Shown here in pieces: positions 36,520 through 45,989 of a DNA stretch of 64,000 nucleotides. This DNA comes from a candidate division WWE3 bacterium RIFCSPHIGHO2_01_FULL_40_23 (GTDB lineage Bacteria; Patescibacteriota; WWE3; UBA101185; 2-01-FULL-41-18): assembly GCA_001772615.1 (NCBI GenBank), contig MEUZ01000007.1:108283-172282 (forward strand). Direction: 5' to 3'. Position numbers and translations under genes: made by a program. Each line of letters starts with the position of its first letter. Position 1 is the first letter of the stretch. A model generated the notes under the pieces. It saw only the letters and a list, made by a program, of their open reading frames with translations, was not told where the DNA came from and did not search any database.

Positions 36520-36849
36520 TCTCCTTTCAAGTTTTCGAATTGTGAAATTTTAATTATACAAAAATAACAAAGCAAGACCCAATTTTAAAGGGTGATACGA
36601 TTAGGTAAAGAATTAGCGGGAACTTTCGTTAAGTATAAATTCTAAAGAAATAAAGATAAGACCGCGCCCCGATGATGCCGACGGCTTGTTAGTGATCCCC
36701 CTCAAAATAACGTGGGTATTCTCATTCACACTCCACAGAATGCGAAAATTTGAATTCCCTTTATCTAAAGGTTGAGGAAATCAATTAGTCACCAAGCCAT
36801 GCTCGTGCATCTCAGGACTAACTATATTTTATAATATTATAGATAACTG

Positions 36850-37233
36850 TCAATATACTTTTTTTGCTTCAGTTGAAGGGTTTTCCTTATGCAGGAAAAA
36901 AACGGAAACAAAAATTAAAAACCAGCCAAACATTTGCAAAAAAACAGGAAAGAGTTTTGAAAAAAACAAGTCGGCAAGGTTGAAAGATCTCCTGTGAGGA
37001 TCAACAAGTATGAGTTCGGTGACATTCTCCCTCACATGAGGCACAAGATGCTTTGTATACTCAAATTCAAAAAGAAGAGATAAAAATCCAAGAGCCAAAA
37101 ACGCGTAAAATCTTGATGGCTTAATAACAAGCCTTAAAAAGCACAAAAGCGCGAAACCCCCAAAATACACAAGCTCCCAGTTATGTGAATAAAAGCTGTA
37201 AGCCGTATTTATTAGGTTAATAAATGTTGTCAT
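36850..37233 (-). CDS. small membrane protein
   Basis: Start MTTFINL overlaps the upstream stop (ATGA 4-nt overlap, translational coupling); 3-4 TM helices. Confidence 0.5.
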   Translation of the reverse strand: MTTFINLINTAYSFYSHNWELVYFGGFALLCFLRLVIKPSRFYAFLALGFLSLLFEFEYTKHLVPHVRENVTELILVDPHRRSFNLADLFFSKLFPVFLQMFGWFLIFVSVFFLHKENPSTEAKKVY

Positions 37234-37844
37234 AGAAGAAGCTTGACTAAGAACCCGACCGGAAGTGAGACAAAATAATCGGTCACATTGGCAAAAATCA
37301 AAAGAAGGAGTATCCAAAGACCGTATGGTGCAAGATCAAGCCACTGCTCCGATAGATCGGGGGGCAAAAATCCCCACACAACTTTAAATCCATCAAGTGG
37401 ATGCACCGGAATAAGGTTAAAAAAACATAGAATCAAGTTAAAGTAAACCAAAGACTCTAAAATGTTTCCGATAAACCCCAGTCCAAATACCTTATGAATT
37501 AAACCAAATACAACCGCAAACAAGAAATTAGATGCAGGCCCGGCCAGTGAAATAAGCGCCGCGTCTCTTTTAGGACTGCGCAGGAAGTTTAAATTAAAAG
37601 GAACGGGTTTCCCCCATCCAAACCCCACAAGGGCAAGAAGGAGGGTCCCTACCGGATCAAGATGGGCAAGAGGATTAAGAGTAACTCTACCTGAAGCTTT
37701 AGCCGTCGGATCCCCAAGTTTTAAAGCAATAAAAGCGTGCGAAAACTCATGAATCGTTATGCACACGACAAGCATTGAAAACACGATCAGAAAGGCTAAA
37801 AGGCCAATCAATGGGTTTGCCCCGCTTAAGAAATTAAAAAGCAT
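37230..37844 (-). CDS. M50 family (site-2 protease-like) zinc metalloprotease
   Basis: HEFSHA HExxH motif in a TM helix, downstream LDG motif; polytopic; 204 aa. Confidence 0.7.
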   Translation of the reverse strand: MLFNFLSGANPLIGLLAFLIVFSMLVVCITIHEFSHAFIALKLGDPTAKASGRVTLNPLAHLDPVGTLLLALVGFGWGKPVPFNLNFLRSPKRDAALISLAGPASNFLFAVVFGLIHKVFGLGFIGNILESLVYFNLILCFFNLIPVHPLDGFKVVWGFLPPDLSEQWLDLAPYGLWILLLLIFANVTDYFVSLPVGFLVKLLL

Positions 37845-37898
37845 AAAGAGATGATAACACTTTTTTGAAGCCCTTTCTTATGCTAAAATCCTAAAATC

Positions 37899-38075
37899 AT
37901 GCTAAGTTTTTTTAAGGAGGCGTACTACGAGCTAACCAAGGTAAATTGGCCTGATAAAAAGCAGACCGTGCGCTTGACTCAATATGTGATAGGTGTTAGT
38001 TTGGTCGTTGGCATTTACGTAGCCATACTTGATGCCGTTTTTGGCCTCGGCCTTGAAAGATTTATCATAAGATAA
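37899..38075 (+). CDS. secE: Preprotein translocase subunit SecE
   Basis: 58-aa ORF MLSFFKEAYYELTKVNWPDKKQTVRLTQYVIGVSLVVGIYVAILDAVFGLGLERFIIR with a single C-terminal TM, immediately upstream of nusG. Below the ORF-track cutoff. Confidence 0.75.
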   Translation: MLSFFKEAYYELTKVNWPDKKQTVRLTQYVIGVSLVVGIYVAILDAVFGLGLERFIIR

Positions 38076-38078
38076 AAT

Positions 38079-38666
38079 ATGGATGACGCGCTATTAAAAC
38101 AGGATGAAAAAGGAATAATTAATATATCCGATACGGTTAATCCGAACGCGATTTGGTATGCCGTCCACACATACTCCGGCCATGAAAATAAGGTCGCAAT
38201 TACGCTTAAACAGCGGGCTGAATCTTCAGGCTATCAGGATAGAATTTGTCAGATTCTTGTCCCCACACAGGAAAAAATTGTAATCAGCGAAGGGAAGAAA
38301 AGGAAAGTTGACGAGCATCTTTTACCCGGATACATCCTTGTCAATATGGTAATGAGCGATGATGCCTGGCACCTTGTAAGGTCAACCACCGGCGTTACGG
38401 GATTCGTCGGAACGGGCACCACGCCGACACCGCTTCCCGAAGCCGAGGTTAAGTCCATCCTTAAGTTTATGAAAATGGAGGCCCCCAAGTTTGAGGCTAA
38501 GTTTAAGGTCGGAGACAGCGTAAAGATAATTGACGGACCATTTACTGACTTTCTTGGAAAAGTTGACGAAGTTAACGACAGCGCCGGAAAAGTGAAGATT
38601 TTGGTTTCGGTTTTTGGGCGAGAGACTCCCATGGAGCTTGATTTTTTGCAGGTAGCTCCTTTGTAA
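38079..38666 (+). CDS. nusG: Transcription termination/antitermination factor NusG
   Basis: NGN domain (WYAVHTYSGHENKV) and C-terminal KOW (FKVGDSVKIIDGPFTDFLGKV); conserved secE-nusG-rplK synteny. Confidence 0.9.
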   Translation: MDDALLKQDEKGIINISDTVNPNAIWYAVHTYSGHENKVAITLKQRAESSGYQDRICQILVPTQEKIVISEGKKRKVDEHLLPGYILVNMVMSDDAWHLVRSTTGVTGFVGTGTTPTPLPEAEVKSILKFMKMEAPKFEAKFKVGDSVKIIDGPFTDFLGKVDEVNDSAGKVKILVSVFGRETPMELDFLQVAPL

Positions 38667-38687
38667 AAGTAGTTTCTAGACCAACAC

Positions 38688-39110
38688 ATGGCTAAAAAGA
38701 TAAAAGCTTTTGTAAAACTTAATATACCTGCGGGAAAAGCTACCCCCGCTCCCCCGGTCGGACCGTCTCTTGGACAGCACGGCGTTCCCCTCATGGAATT
38801 CTGCAAGGAATTTAATGCGAGAACGGCCAAAATGGGAGATGACATAATACCGGTCGTTTTAACTGTCTATGAGGACAGAAGCTTTACCTTTATAACTAAA
38901 ACACCCCCGGCCTCATCTCTTCTTCTTAAAGCCTCGGGAGTTGCCAAAGGTTCGGGCACACCAAACAAACAAAAAGTCGGACAGGTTACAAAAGATCAGG
39001 TTTTGGAAATAGCTAAAAGAAAGATGCCTGATTTAAACGCGAGGGATATTAACCAGGCGGTAAAGATTGTGGAAGGAACTGCAAGGTCTATGGGTATTTC
39101 AGTAGTTTGA
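38688..39110 (+). CDS. rplK: 50S ribosomal protein L11
   Basis: [33 protein letters not shown] is canonical L11. Confidence 0.95.
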   Translation: MAKKIKAFVKLNIPAGKATPAPPVGPSLGQHGVPLMEFCKEFNARTAKMGDDIIPVVLTVYEDRSFTFITKTPPASSLLLKASGVAKGSGTPNKQKVGQVTKDQVLEIAKRKMPDLNARDINQAVKIVEGTARSMGISVV

Positions 39111-39111
39111 T

Positions 39112-39810
39112 ATGAAAAAACAAATTACTTTAAAATCAAAAAAGCATCAGAAGGCCTCAAAACTCCTTGAAGAAGGTAAGATGTACTCATTAGATCAGGC
39201 TTTAGATCTTTCAAAAGAAACTTCGTACTCAAATTTTGATGCGACTCTTGAAGCCCATTTTAATCTGGATCTTGACTTAAAAAGTGGTGATCAAAATATC
39301 AGAACAACAGTCACTCTCCCCCATGGAACCGGAAAGACCGTAAAAGTGGCGGTGTTTTCAACAGAAAAAGTAAAAGGCGCCGACCTCTCATTAGGTGAAG
39401 AAGGAATTACAATGATAGAGCAAGGGAAAATAAAACCTAAAACCGATTTTGACATAGTCGCTTCGGAACCTTCGTTCATGCCTAAACTTGCAAAAGTTGC
39501 CAAAATTTTAGGACCTGCGGGAATGATGCCAAACCCTAAAACTCAAACCGTTTCAAATGACCTTGAAAAAACTGTCTCCGATTTAAAAAAAGGAAGAATT
39601 GAACTTAAACTGGAAGCCAACGCACCAATCATTCACACAAAAATAGGCAAAATGAGCTTCTCAAAGGATGCCCTTAAAGAAAATTTTCTGGAAGTGTTAA
39701 AAGCGCTTAAGGCAAACAAACCGCAGAAAGCTTCACCGAGCTGGATTAAATCTTGTTTTTTATCGGCTACCATGGGCCCCTCAATCAAAGTAGATTTTGA
39801 AAGCCTCTAG
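39112..39810 (+). CDS. rplA: 50S ribosomal protein L1
   Basis: L1 family sequence; position after rplK; TAG stop. Confidence 0.9.
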   Translation: MKKQITLKSKKHQKASKLLEEGKMYSLDQALDLSKETSYSNFDATLEAHFNLDLDLKSGDQNIRTTVTLPHGTGKTVKVAVFSTEKVKGADLSLGEEGITMIEQGKIKPKTDFDIVASEPSFMPKLAKVAKILGPAGMMPNPKTQTVSNDLEKTVSDLKKGRIELKLEANAPIIHTKIGKMSFSKDALKENFLEVLKALKANKPQKASPSWIKSCFLSATMGPSIKVDFESL

Positions 39811-39967
39811 CTTCTTATACTTGACAAGAGAAAGGGGCTCATGTAACCTTTCTTCGTTTCCGTAGAAAGTAAGGTCCCGCTGTCAGCCAACTGGCGACAC
39901 GGGTCAATTAGAGGAATCTAGCCTACCGAGGAAAAACAATTTAAGATCCCTTTGCATTAAACTTTAA
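39811..39967 (+). promoter_or_regulatory. Structured leader upstream of rplJ (L10 leader-like)
   Basis: 157-nt untranslated, GC-balanced spacer between rplA and rplJ. Hairpin candidates GAAAGGGGCTCATGTAACCTTTCTTC and CGCTGTCAGCCAACTGGCGACACGGG. The position matches known L10(L12)4 autoregulatory leaders. Confidence 0.5.
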
Positions 39968-40528
39968 TTGTTATCCTCTAAGCTTGAAAATCAAATGCCA
40001 AATCAAAAAAACAAAGAGCAGGTTTTTGCTCTAAAAGATAAAATTTCAAAGGCTAAGTCCATTGTTTTTACCGACTATAAAGGGCTTAACTCAAATCAGG
40101 CAAACGAGTTAAGAAGGAAGCTTTCAGAAGAAGGCTCTGAAATAGAAATTGCCAAAAACACTCTTCTTAAAATCGCACTTAAGGAGTCAGGATATGAAAT
40201 AAAGGAAGTTGAAAAAACTTTTGAGGGATCAACCGCGGCAATTCTTTCTTACAGCGATCCTATCTCACCTCTTAAAAAGCTCTTTGAATTTATTAAAACG
40301 GCAGGTTTGCCAAAAGTTAAACTTGGAATCTTTGATGGCGGATTTCTCCCCGAGTCGGATGTGGAAACATTAAGCAAACTGCCTTCCAAAGAAGTCTTAG
40401 TGTCCAAGCTTCTTTCAACTTTCAACTCCCCTATCTTTGGATTTGTAAATGTCTTATCGGGAACCAAAAGAAAATTCGTTTACGCGCTAAATGAGATTAC
40501 AAAGAAGAAAGGTGGGGCCGCTTCTTAA
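39968..40528 (+). CDS. rplJ: 50S ribosomal protein L10
   Basis: L10 family (SIVFTDYKGLNSNQANELRRKL); position before rplL. Confidence 0.9.
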   Translation: MLSSKLENQMPNQKNKEQVFALKDKISKAKSIVFTDYKGLNSNQANELRRKLSEEGSEIEIAKNTLLKIALKESGYEIKEVEKTFEGSTAAILSYSDPISPLKKLFEFIKTAGLPKVKLGIFDGGFLPESDVETLSKLPSKEVLVSKLLSTFNSPIFGFVNVLSGTKRKFVYALNEITKKKGGAAS

Positions 40529-40587
40529 AAAGAAGCGCTTACGGGCATCAAAAATCCCGACAGAAGTCGGGACCTTTGAAAAGCTCA

Positions 40588-40725
40588 CTTAGTGAGAGTT
40601 TATTGGAACTACCAATCCTGGTGTATTGTACAACGCAGCTTTTTGTTTTGTCAATATTTCTTTGGTGGACCCTAGGGGAATTGCACCCCTGGGCTTTGGA
40701 TTGGTAGTTCCAAACCCACACTAAG
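40588..40725. repeat. Long inverted repeat in the rplJ-rplL spacer (28-31 bp arms enclosing an internal GC hairpin)
   Basis: Arm 1 CTTAGTGAGAGTTTATTGGAACTACCAATCC. Arm 2 GGATTGGTAGTTCCAAACCCACACTAAG. Internal hairpin CCCTAGGGGAATTGCACCCCTGGG. Confidence 0.7.
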
Positions 40726-40800
40726 TAGGGCCCACCAGTAATCTATATAACACAAGTTTAACTATACTACAATATATATTGTATAAAGGGGGTGTTAAAA

Positions 40801-41202
40801 ATGGCAGAATTATCAAAACATGCGGAAAAAGTTATGGAGCTTGTTGAAAGCATGACCGTTCTTGAACTTAATGATCTAGTAAAAGCGCTTGAAGAAAAGT
40901 TTGGTGTGTCGGCATCAGCACCCATGATGAACATGGTTATGCCTCAAGGAGGCGCAGCCAATGCTTCGGCCGAGCCGGTTGAAGAAAAAACATCATTTGA
41001 TGTGGTACTAGCCGATGCTGGAGCCACCAAAATCAATGTCATTAAAGCAGTAAGAGAAATAAATCAGCAGTTAGGGCTTGTTGAGGCCAAAACTCTTGTT
41101 GAATCGGCTCCTAAAGTCATTCTTGAAGGAGTTAAAAAAGAAGCGGCTGAAGCAGCAAAGAAAAAGCTTGAAGAGGCAGGCGCTAAAGTTGAGCTCAAAT
41201 AA
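40801..41202 (+). CDS. rplL: 50S ribosomal protein L7/L12
   Basis: AAAGGGGG RBS; [36 protein letters not shown] is canonical L7/L12. Confidence 0.95.
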   Translation: MAELSKHAEKVMELVESMTVLELNDLVKALEEKFGVSASAPMMNMVMPQGGAANASAEPVEEKTSFDVVLADAGATKINVIKAVREINQQLGLVEAKTLVESAPKVILEGVKKEAAEAAKKKLEEAGAKVELK

Positions 41203-41276
41203 TCATAGGGAGTAGAAGTTCACAACCCTCAATTCATTGACATTACAGAGCGCAAGCTAAATAATTTAAATGTCAA

Positions 41277-43664
41277 ATGAACCTGCTTGGGAAGAACTCA
41301 CAAAACAAAAAAGTCAGCTTTTCTATTTTCAAGTTGCCAAACGCTCTTGCAATTTCACTCCCGTTTTTACTCCTATTAGCAGGTATTGTGTACGCGGCCT
41401 CCGTTTTCTCTTTTGAAGCCGAGGAGGCTTCATTTCCAAATTCCGATCCAATTGACATCGGAACCGACCCTAATGCTTCGGGAAGAAAATATATAAAATT
41501 TAAAACCCCAACCACAATGCCCGCTTCCAAAAAATTTAATTATTTTCAAGACTTTCAGATCAAGCTTTCCGGGACCATGGAGTCTATCCTTTACCCAATC
41601 CGTAATTTTCAGCAATGGAAGGGCCAATTTGCTTGGCAATCGGTAAAATCAGATGCCAACCCTTCAGTCCTTTCATCTTCCGTTTTTACTTTCACAGCAG
41701 GAGGCGATACGGACGCAAACAGTGAAGCCACTATAGTCTTAAACAATATCGCCGCGTCGCAGGGAGCGTTTCATCTTCACCTTGGCGGAATGAGTTTTAA
41801 CACAATTACACCCGAACAGAGTTGGTGCAACTACGTAAACTTTTACGATTACCCCAAAAATAGCACTCCCAGATTTCCTTTTGGCTTCCCGTATGAAATA
41901 GTTTCAGGCGAGACCGAAGATAATGGTCCGTACGGACTCATTGATAACTTTGCTTCATGTCTACCCCATTCCGGGACAGCATTTGGGCCTTTGCCCGGAG
42001 GATCTTTATACGCCAAAGAGTACTATTTTGATTATGCAGGATTAGCCAGGATTATTCTGATATCTCCTGATCTTACGTTCGGATCCGAAACTTATGATTA
42101 TTCTTCAGGCGCACACAGAACATGGCTAACAAACACCATAGACTCTGCAAGATCACAAAATATTCCATGGGTGGTTGTTGGGATGCACAAAAACTGCATT
42201 ACCATGGGGGTTAAATCATGTGAAATATCACAGTCCCTTATGAATCTTCTTATTGAAAAGAAGGTGGATCTTGTGCTTCAGGGTGGAGAGCACAGCTATC
42301 AAAGGAGCAAACAGCTTGCTATCAACCCAAATTGTACGGGAGTATCCGCGAACACATATAACTCCGATTGCGTGACTGAAGACGGCTTGGACGGAGAACT
42401 CACTAAGGATGCGGGGACCGTGTTTGTAATAGTGGGAACAACCGGCGCGGGATTTCAGGGGGTAAACACATCCGATTCCGAAGCGCCCTACTTTGCAAGG
42501 TGGATGGGAAACGCAAATAATGTCTCAATCTGCAACAACCCGACATCAGGCTGCACCGCGAGAAAGGGATTTTTAAAGGCTACGGTAACAGACACCCAGC
42601 TTGTCGCAAATTATGTAGGCGTAACAAACGGCAACTTCTCTGACGGTTTCACAATTAGTGCCCCACTCCCTACACCCACGCCCTCTCCAACTCCGACACC
42701 CCCACCTGACACTACTCCACCGGTAGTATCAAACGGATCTCCGACCATTGAGCTTCCCGAAGGCACAACCTTCACAACAATCAGCGCAACAACCGACGAG
42801 AATGCCACATGCAGATATGACAGCGCTCCTGACATCTCATATCCCCTTATGAGATGGCCTTTTGCGGCAACCGGAGGCACTTCTCATTCTTCACTTGTCA
42901 CCGGTCTTGAGGACGGCACTTCCTACACAATTTACGTTAAATGTGCCGATACTCTCGGGAACGTAAACACAACAGACTATAACTTTACCTTCAGTGTGGC
43001 GGCACCGACATGCGTAACGCTTCCGACAAATACAGGTACGGCTACATTGATTTTATCTTTTGATCAAGGAACTTATAAAGTCTGGAGCAGAATAATGTCG
43101 GCAGGTGATTCTTCAAACTCTTATTACCTGCAGGTAGATGGGGGCTGCGCCATGAACGTTTCAGACTTAAACGGAATGCCAGTCAATACCTGGACATGGG
43201 TTGATTATCAAGACGGGGTAACTTCAGATAAAACCGAGGTTACTTTAACTGCGGGAACCCACACTGTGAAGCTGATTGGAAGAGAGGCTGATACCAAAGT
43301 TGACAGAGTTATCTTTACATCTGATCTTGCCTGTGTTCCAAACGGCAAAGGCGATAACTGCGCCGCACCAACATCAAGTGATGCTACAGCGCCTACGGTA
43401 TCTATAACATCGCCGTCAAACGGGGCCATTGTGCAGAGAAACTCTTCGGTTACAATTGATGCTACCGCTTCCGATAATGTGGGTGTTACAAAAGTTGAAT
43501 TCCGCGCCAATAATTCCGCTCTGTGTTCGGATCTTTCCGCTCCCTACTCCTGTGCCTGGCAAGTTGGAAACAAACCCAATGCATCTTATACATTATCATC
43601 AAAAGCCTTTGATGCCGCGGGCAATACCTCCACAACCTCAATAACTGTCTACTCTTCCCAGTAG
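41277..43664 (+). CDS. Secreted/anchored metallophosphoesterase-like protein with degenerate catalytic motifs, PT-rich linker, extra beta-rich domain and C-terminal Ig-like domain
   Basis: N-terminal signal anchor. Metallophos scaffold aligned to the downstream paralog, but GDxxY becomes HLGGMSF, GNHE becomes SGETEDNG and GHDH becomes QGGEHSY. PTPTPSPTPTPPP linker. C-terminal DNVGVTKVEF Ig-like domain. Confidence 0.65.
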   Translation: MNLLGKNSQNKKVSFSIFKLPNALAISLPFLLLLAGIVYAASVFSFEAEEASFPNSDPIDIGTDPNASGRKYIKFKTPTTMPASKKFNYFQDFQIKLSGTMESILYPIRNFQQWKGQFAWQSVKSDANPSVLSSSVFTFTAGGDTDANSEATIVLNNIAASQGAFHLHLGGMSFNTITPEQSWCNYVNFYDYPKNSTPRFPFGFPYEIVSGETEDNGPYGLIDNFASCLPHSGTAFGPLPGGSLYAKEYYFDYAGLARIILISPDLTFGSETYDYSSGAHRTWLTNTIDSARSQNIPWVVVGMHKNCITMGVKSCEISQSLMNLLIEKKVDLVLQGGEHSYQRSKQLAINPNCTGVSANTYNSDCVTEDGLDGELTKDAGTVFVIVGTTGAGFQGVNTSDSEAPYFARWMGNANNVSICNNPTSGCTARKGFLKATVTDTQLVANYVGVTNGNFSDGFTISAPLPTPTPSPTPTPPPDTTPPVVSNGSPTIELPEGTTFTTISATTDENATCRYDSAPDISYPLMRWPFAATGGTSHSSLVTGLEDGTSYTIYVKCADTLGNVNTTDYNFTFSVAAPTCVTLPTNTGTATLILSFDQGTYKVWSRIMSAGDSSNSYYLQVDGGCAMNVSDLNGMPVNTWTWVDYQDGVTSDKTEVTLTAGTHTVKLIGREADTKVDRVIFTSDLACVPNGKGDNCAAPTSSDATAPTVSITSPSNGAIVQRNSSVTIDATASDNVGVTKVEFRANNSALCSDLSAPYSCAWQVGNKPNASYTLSSKAFDAAGNTSTTSITVYSSQ

Positions 43665-43773
43665 AATGGCAGAAAAGACAACAGGATATGCCTCTACGGG
43701 GTCACGTCCGCTAGTCTCTAATAATTAATTGTATAGCACAGAACTCGCGGCGTTCTTTCTCGCGCAATGCAAT

Positions 43774-43855
43774 GTCATTCTCGTGAGAGCGGAGATCAAC
43801 ATTGTCATTCCCGCGAAAGCGGGAATCTAGATCCTGGATCAAGTCCAGGATGACA
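43774..43855. repeat. Family-1 nested palindromic repeat
   Basis: GTCATTCTCGTGAGAGCGGAGATC, GTCATTCCCGCGAAAGCGGGAATC, AGATCCTGGATCAAGTCCAGGATGACA. Confidence 0.7.
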
Positions 43856-43906
43856 AAACATTGCGCTCCGAGTTCCCCTTAAGAGGCATATCCTGTTGTC
43901 TTTCAA
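43852..43906. repeat. ~55-nt repeat element B (GATGACAAAACATTGCGCTCCGAGTyCCCCTTAAGAGGCATATmCTGTTGTCTTTC); second copy at 56905-56961, inverted partner at 43674-43696
   Basis: Near-identical copies in two unrelated intergenic regions. The 3' arm is the reverse complement of GAAAAGACAACAGGATATGCCTCT at 43674. Confidence 0.65.
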
Positions 43907-44007
43907 ACCCGAACCACGGCGGGCCTACTGCACCGTTTGACAGCCTGGAGCATTCTGTGAGAGCATAAACTTTAAGGAAGGTTTTTTGCCCTCGCCTAGT
44001 AAAACAA

Positions 44008-45729
44008 ATGAAGCCTTTATCTAAACTCAAATTAAAAACATTCTTTTTCTTACTAACCGCCGTAGCGGTTCTATTTTTGAGTCCAAAACCGCTCCAAAAA
44101 CTCGCTAGAGCCAACGTTGAATACTCCATGCAGGTTGAAAATCAAGATATTGAGGCTGATACCGTTTATGCCTCAAAAATCTCCGAGCTGTCAAAACCTG
44201 TAATAAAGAGTGAAAGCGGGGCCTCCGTGCCGCTTTCAGAATATTTACTTGATCTAGCCAGGAAGCTTCAAAGCCTTTTAATAGGAACTCTTTTTGGGCC
44301 TGGTGAGAATAAGGCTGAAACTTCACAAACACTCTCGGCGACCGCTTTTACGTTCTCGGCCGCAGGAGATATGGGCGGAAGCTCGGACGCCAGGGCAGTC
44401 CTGGACTCAATAGCTGCCAATGGCTCAACCTTCTTCATCCACCTCGGAGACTTAAAATACGGAGCCTTCTCAACGGCTGCTTCACCGGAAACGGAGTGGT
44501 GCAACTTTGTCAAATACTCAAACTACCCCACAAATACAATAAGGAGATTCCCCGAAGGCTATCCTTATGAGCTCATTTCGGGAAACCACGAAGACAATGG
44601 AGATGACGGGCTGATAGACAATTTTAAGGTTTGTCTTCCCCATGGAAGCTCCACACTGGGGCCTTTGCCGGGAGGAAGTGACTATGCAAAAGAATACTAT
44701 TTTGATTACCAAAACCTGGTAAGGGTAATTTTAATATCCCCCGCTTTAACTTACGGATCGGAAACCTACAGCTACTCTTCGGGCGCACACAGAGACTGGC
44801 TTATTAATACCATAGACTCGGCAAGAGCGGCCCAAATCCCATGGGTAGTTGTTGCCATGCATAAAAACTGCATCACCATGGGAGTTAAATCATGCGAGAT
44901 TTCAACTAGCCTTTTAAACCTCCTCATTGACAAGAAAGTTGATCTAGTTCTTCAGGGACATGACCATGATTACCAAAGGAGCAAGCAGCTTCTCCATTCA
45001 ACAACCTGTACGGCAATCAGTTCAGGCTCATATAATGCAGGGTGCGTTTCTGATGATGGTTCCGATGGAAGTTACACAAAAGGCAACGGGCCAGTTGTAG
45101 TGATTGCGGGGACGGCAGGCGCGGGCTTATACTCCCTTAATACTGCAGATCCCGAAGCTCCTTACTTTGTCAGATGGATGGGAGACAACATTTGCAATAA
45201 CCCTTCAAGCGGATGCACCAAAAGGAAAGGGTACTTAAAAGTTGATGTTTCAAGTTCAGAATTAAACGCTTCATATGTAGGCTTGCCTTCCGGTAATTTT
45301 ACGGATTCGTTCATAATAAGCCAAACCGCTTCACCTACACCGACACCTACTCCCACTCCAACAACGACTTCCACTCCAACGCCAACACCTACCCCGACCC
45401 CTACACCAACTGCCACCCCCACTACCACTGCAACCCCCGCACCCGACTCAACTCCTCCCTCGGTAAACATCACTTACCCACTTAATACCGCGATCATACA
45501 AAGAAACGCCTATATAACCATTCAGGCAACGGCAACAGACAACGTAGGCGTTACAAAAGTTAACTTTTATGTTAATGGAGCTTTAAAATGTGCGGATACG
45601 ACCTCCCCCTACACGTGCTTATGGAAGCCGACAGGCAAACCAAACGCAAGTTATACAATTAAAGCCACGGCCTATGACGCCGCTGGAAACAACACTTCCC
45701 ATTCAATCACCGTAAGAACATTAAAATAA
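44008..45729 (+). CDS. Secreted calcineurin-like metallophosphoesterase (purple-acid-phosphatase-like) with PT-rich linker and C-terminal Ig-like domain
   Basis: Signal anchor. Intact motifs GDMG, HLGDLKYG, SGNHEDNG, MHKNC, QGHDHDYQRS. (PT)n linker and DNVGVTKVNFYVNG Ig-like C-terminus. Confidence 0.75.
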   Translation: MKPLSKLKLKTFFFLLTAVAVLFLSPKPLQKLARANVEYSMQVENQDIEADTVYASKISELSKPVIKSESGASVPLSEYLLDLARKLQSLLIGTLFGPGENKAETSQTLSATAFTFSAAGDMGGSSDARAVLDSIAANGSTFFIHLGDLKYGAFSTAASPETEWCNFVKYSNYPTNTIRRFPEGYPYELISGNHEDNGDDGLIDNFKVCLPHGSSTLGPLPGGSDYAKEYYFDYQNLVRVILISPALTYGSETYSYSSGAHRDWLINTIDSARAAQIPWVVVAMHKNCITMGVKSCEISTSLLNLLIDKKVDLVLQGHDHDYQRSKQLLHSTTCTAISSGSYNAGCVSDDGSDGSYTKGNGPVVVIAGTAGAGLYSLNTADPEAPYFVRWMGDNICNNPSSGCTKRKGYLKVDVSSSELNASYVGLPSGNFTDSFIISQTASPTPTPTPTPTTTSTPTPTPTPTPTPTATPTTTATPAPDSTPPSVNITYPLNTAIIQRNAYITIQATATDNVGVTKVNFYVNGALKCADTTSPYTCLWKPTGKPNASYTIKATAYDAAGNNTSHSITVRTLK

Positions 45730-45989
45730 AAAGGCTTGACAATTTTTCTATATTATCAAGCCTTAAACAAGTCTCTCTATGAATGTAAAGTGCCGGTGAG
45801 GAATCCTTTGAAGATGCGCTGACTGATCATCAGTTATTCTTTGGAGGAGGGATCCCTCACACGGCACCTAAAGCAGGCGGAAAGTAAAACCCCAGCGGTG
45901 AATGCTCGGTGCAGCCACCAATCGTCTTGCTCTCCGCCTGCCACTCGCAATAATATACAAAAGGAAAAGAATGTCAAATAATGGGAATG

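Noticed and set aside
41203-41276. rpoB immediately downstream of rplL
   Set aside because: It is not present. The next 4.4 kb encode two secreted phosphoesterase-like proteins, so rpoB must lie elsewhere.
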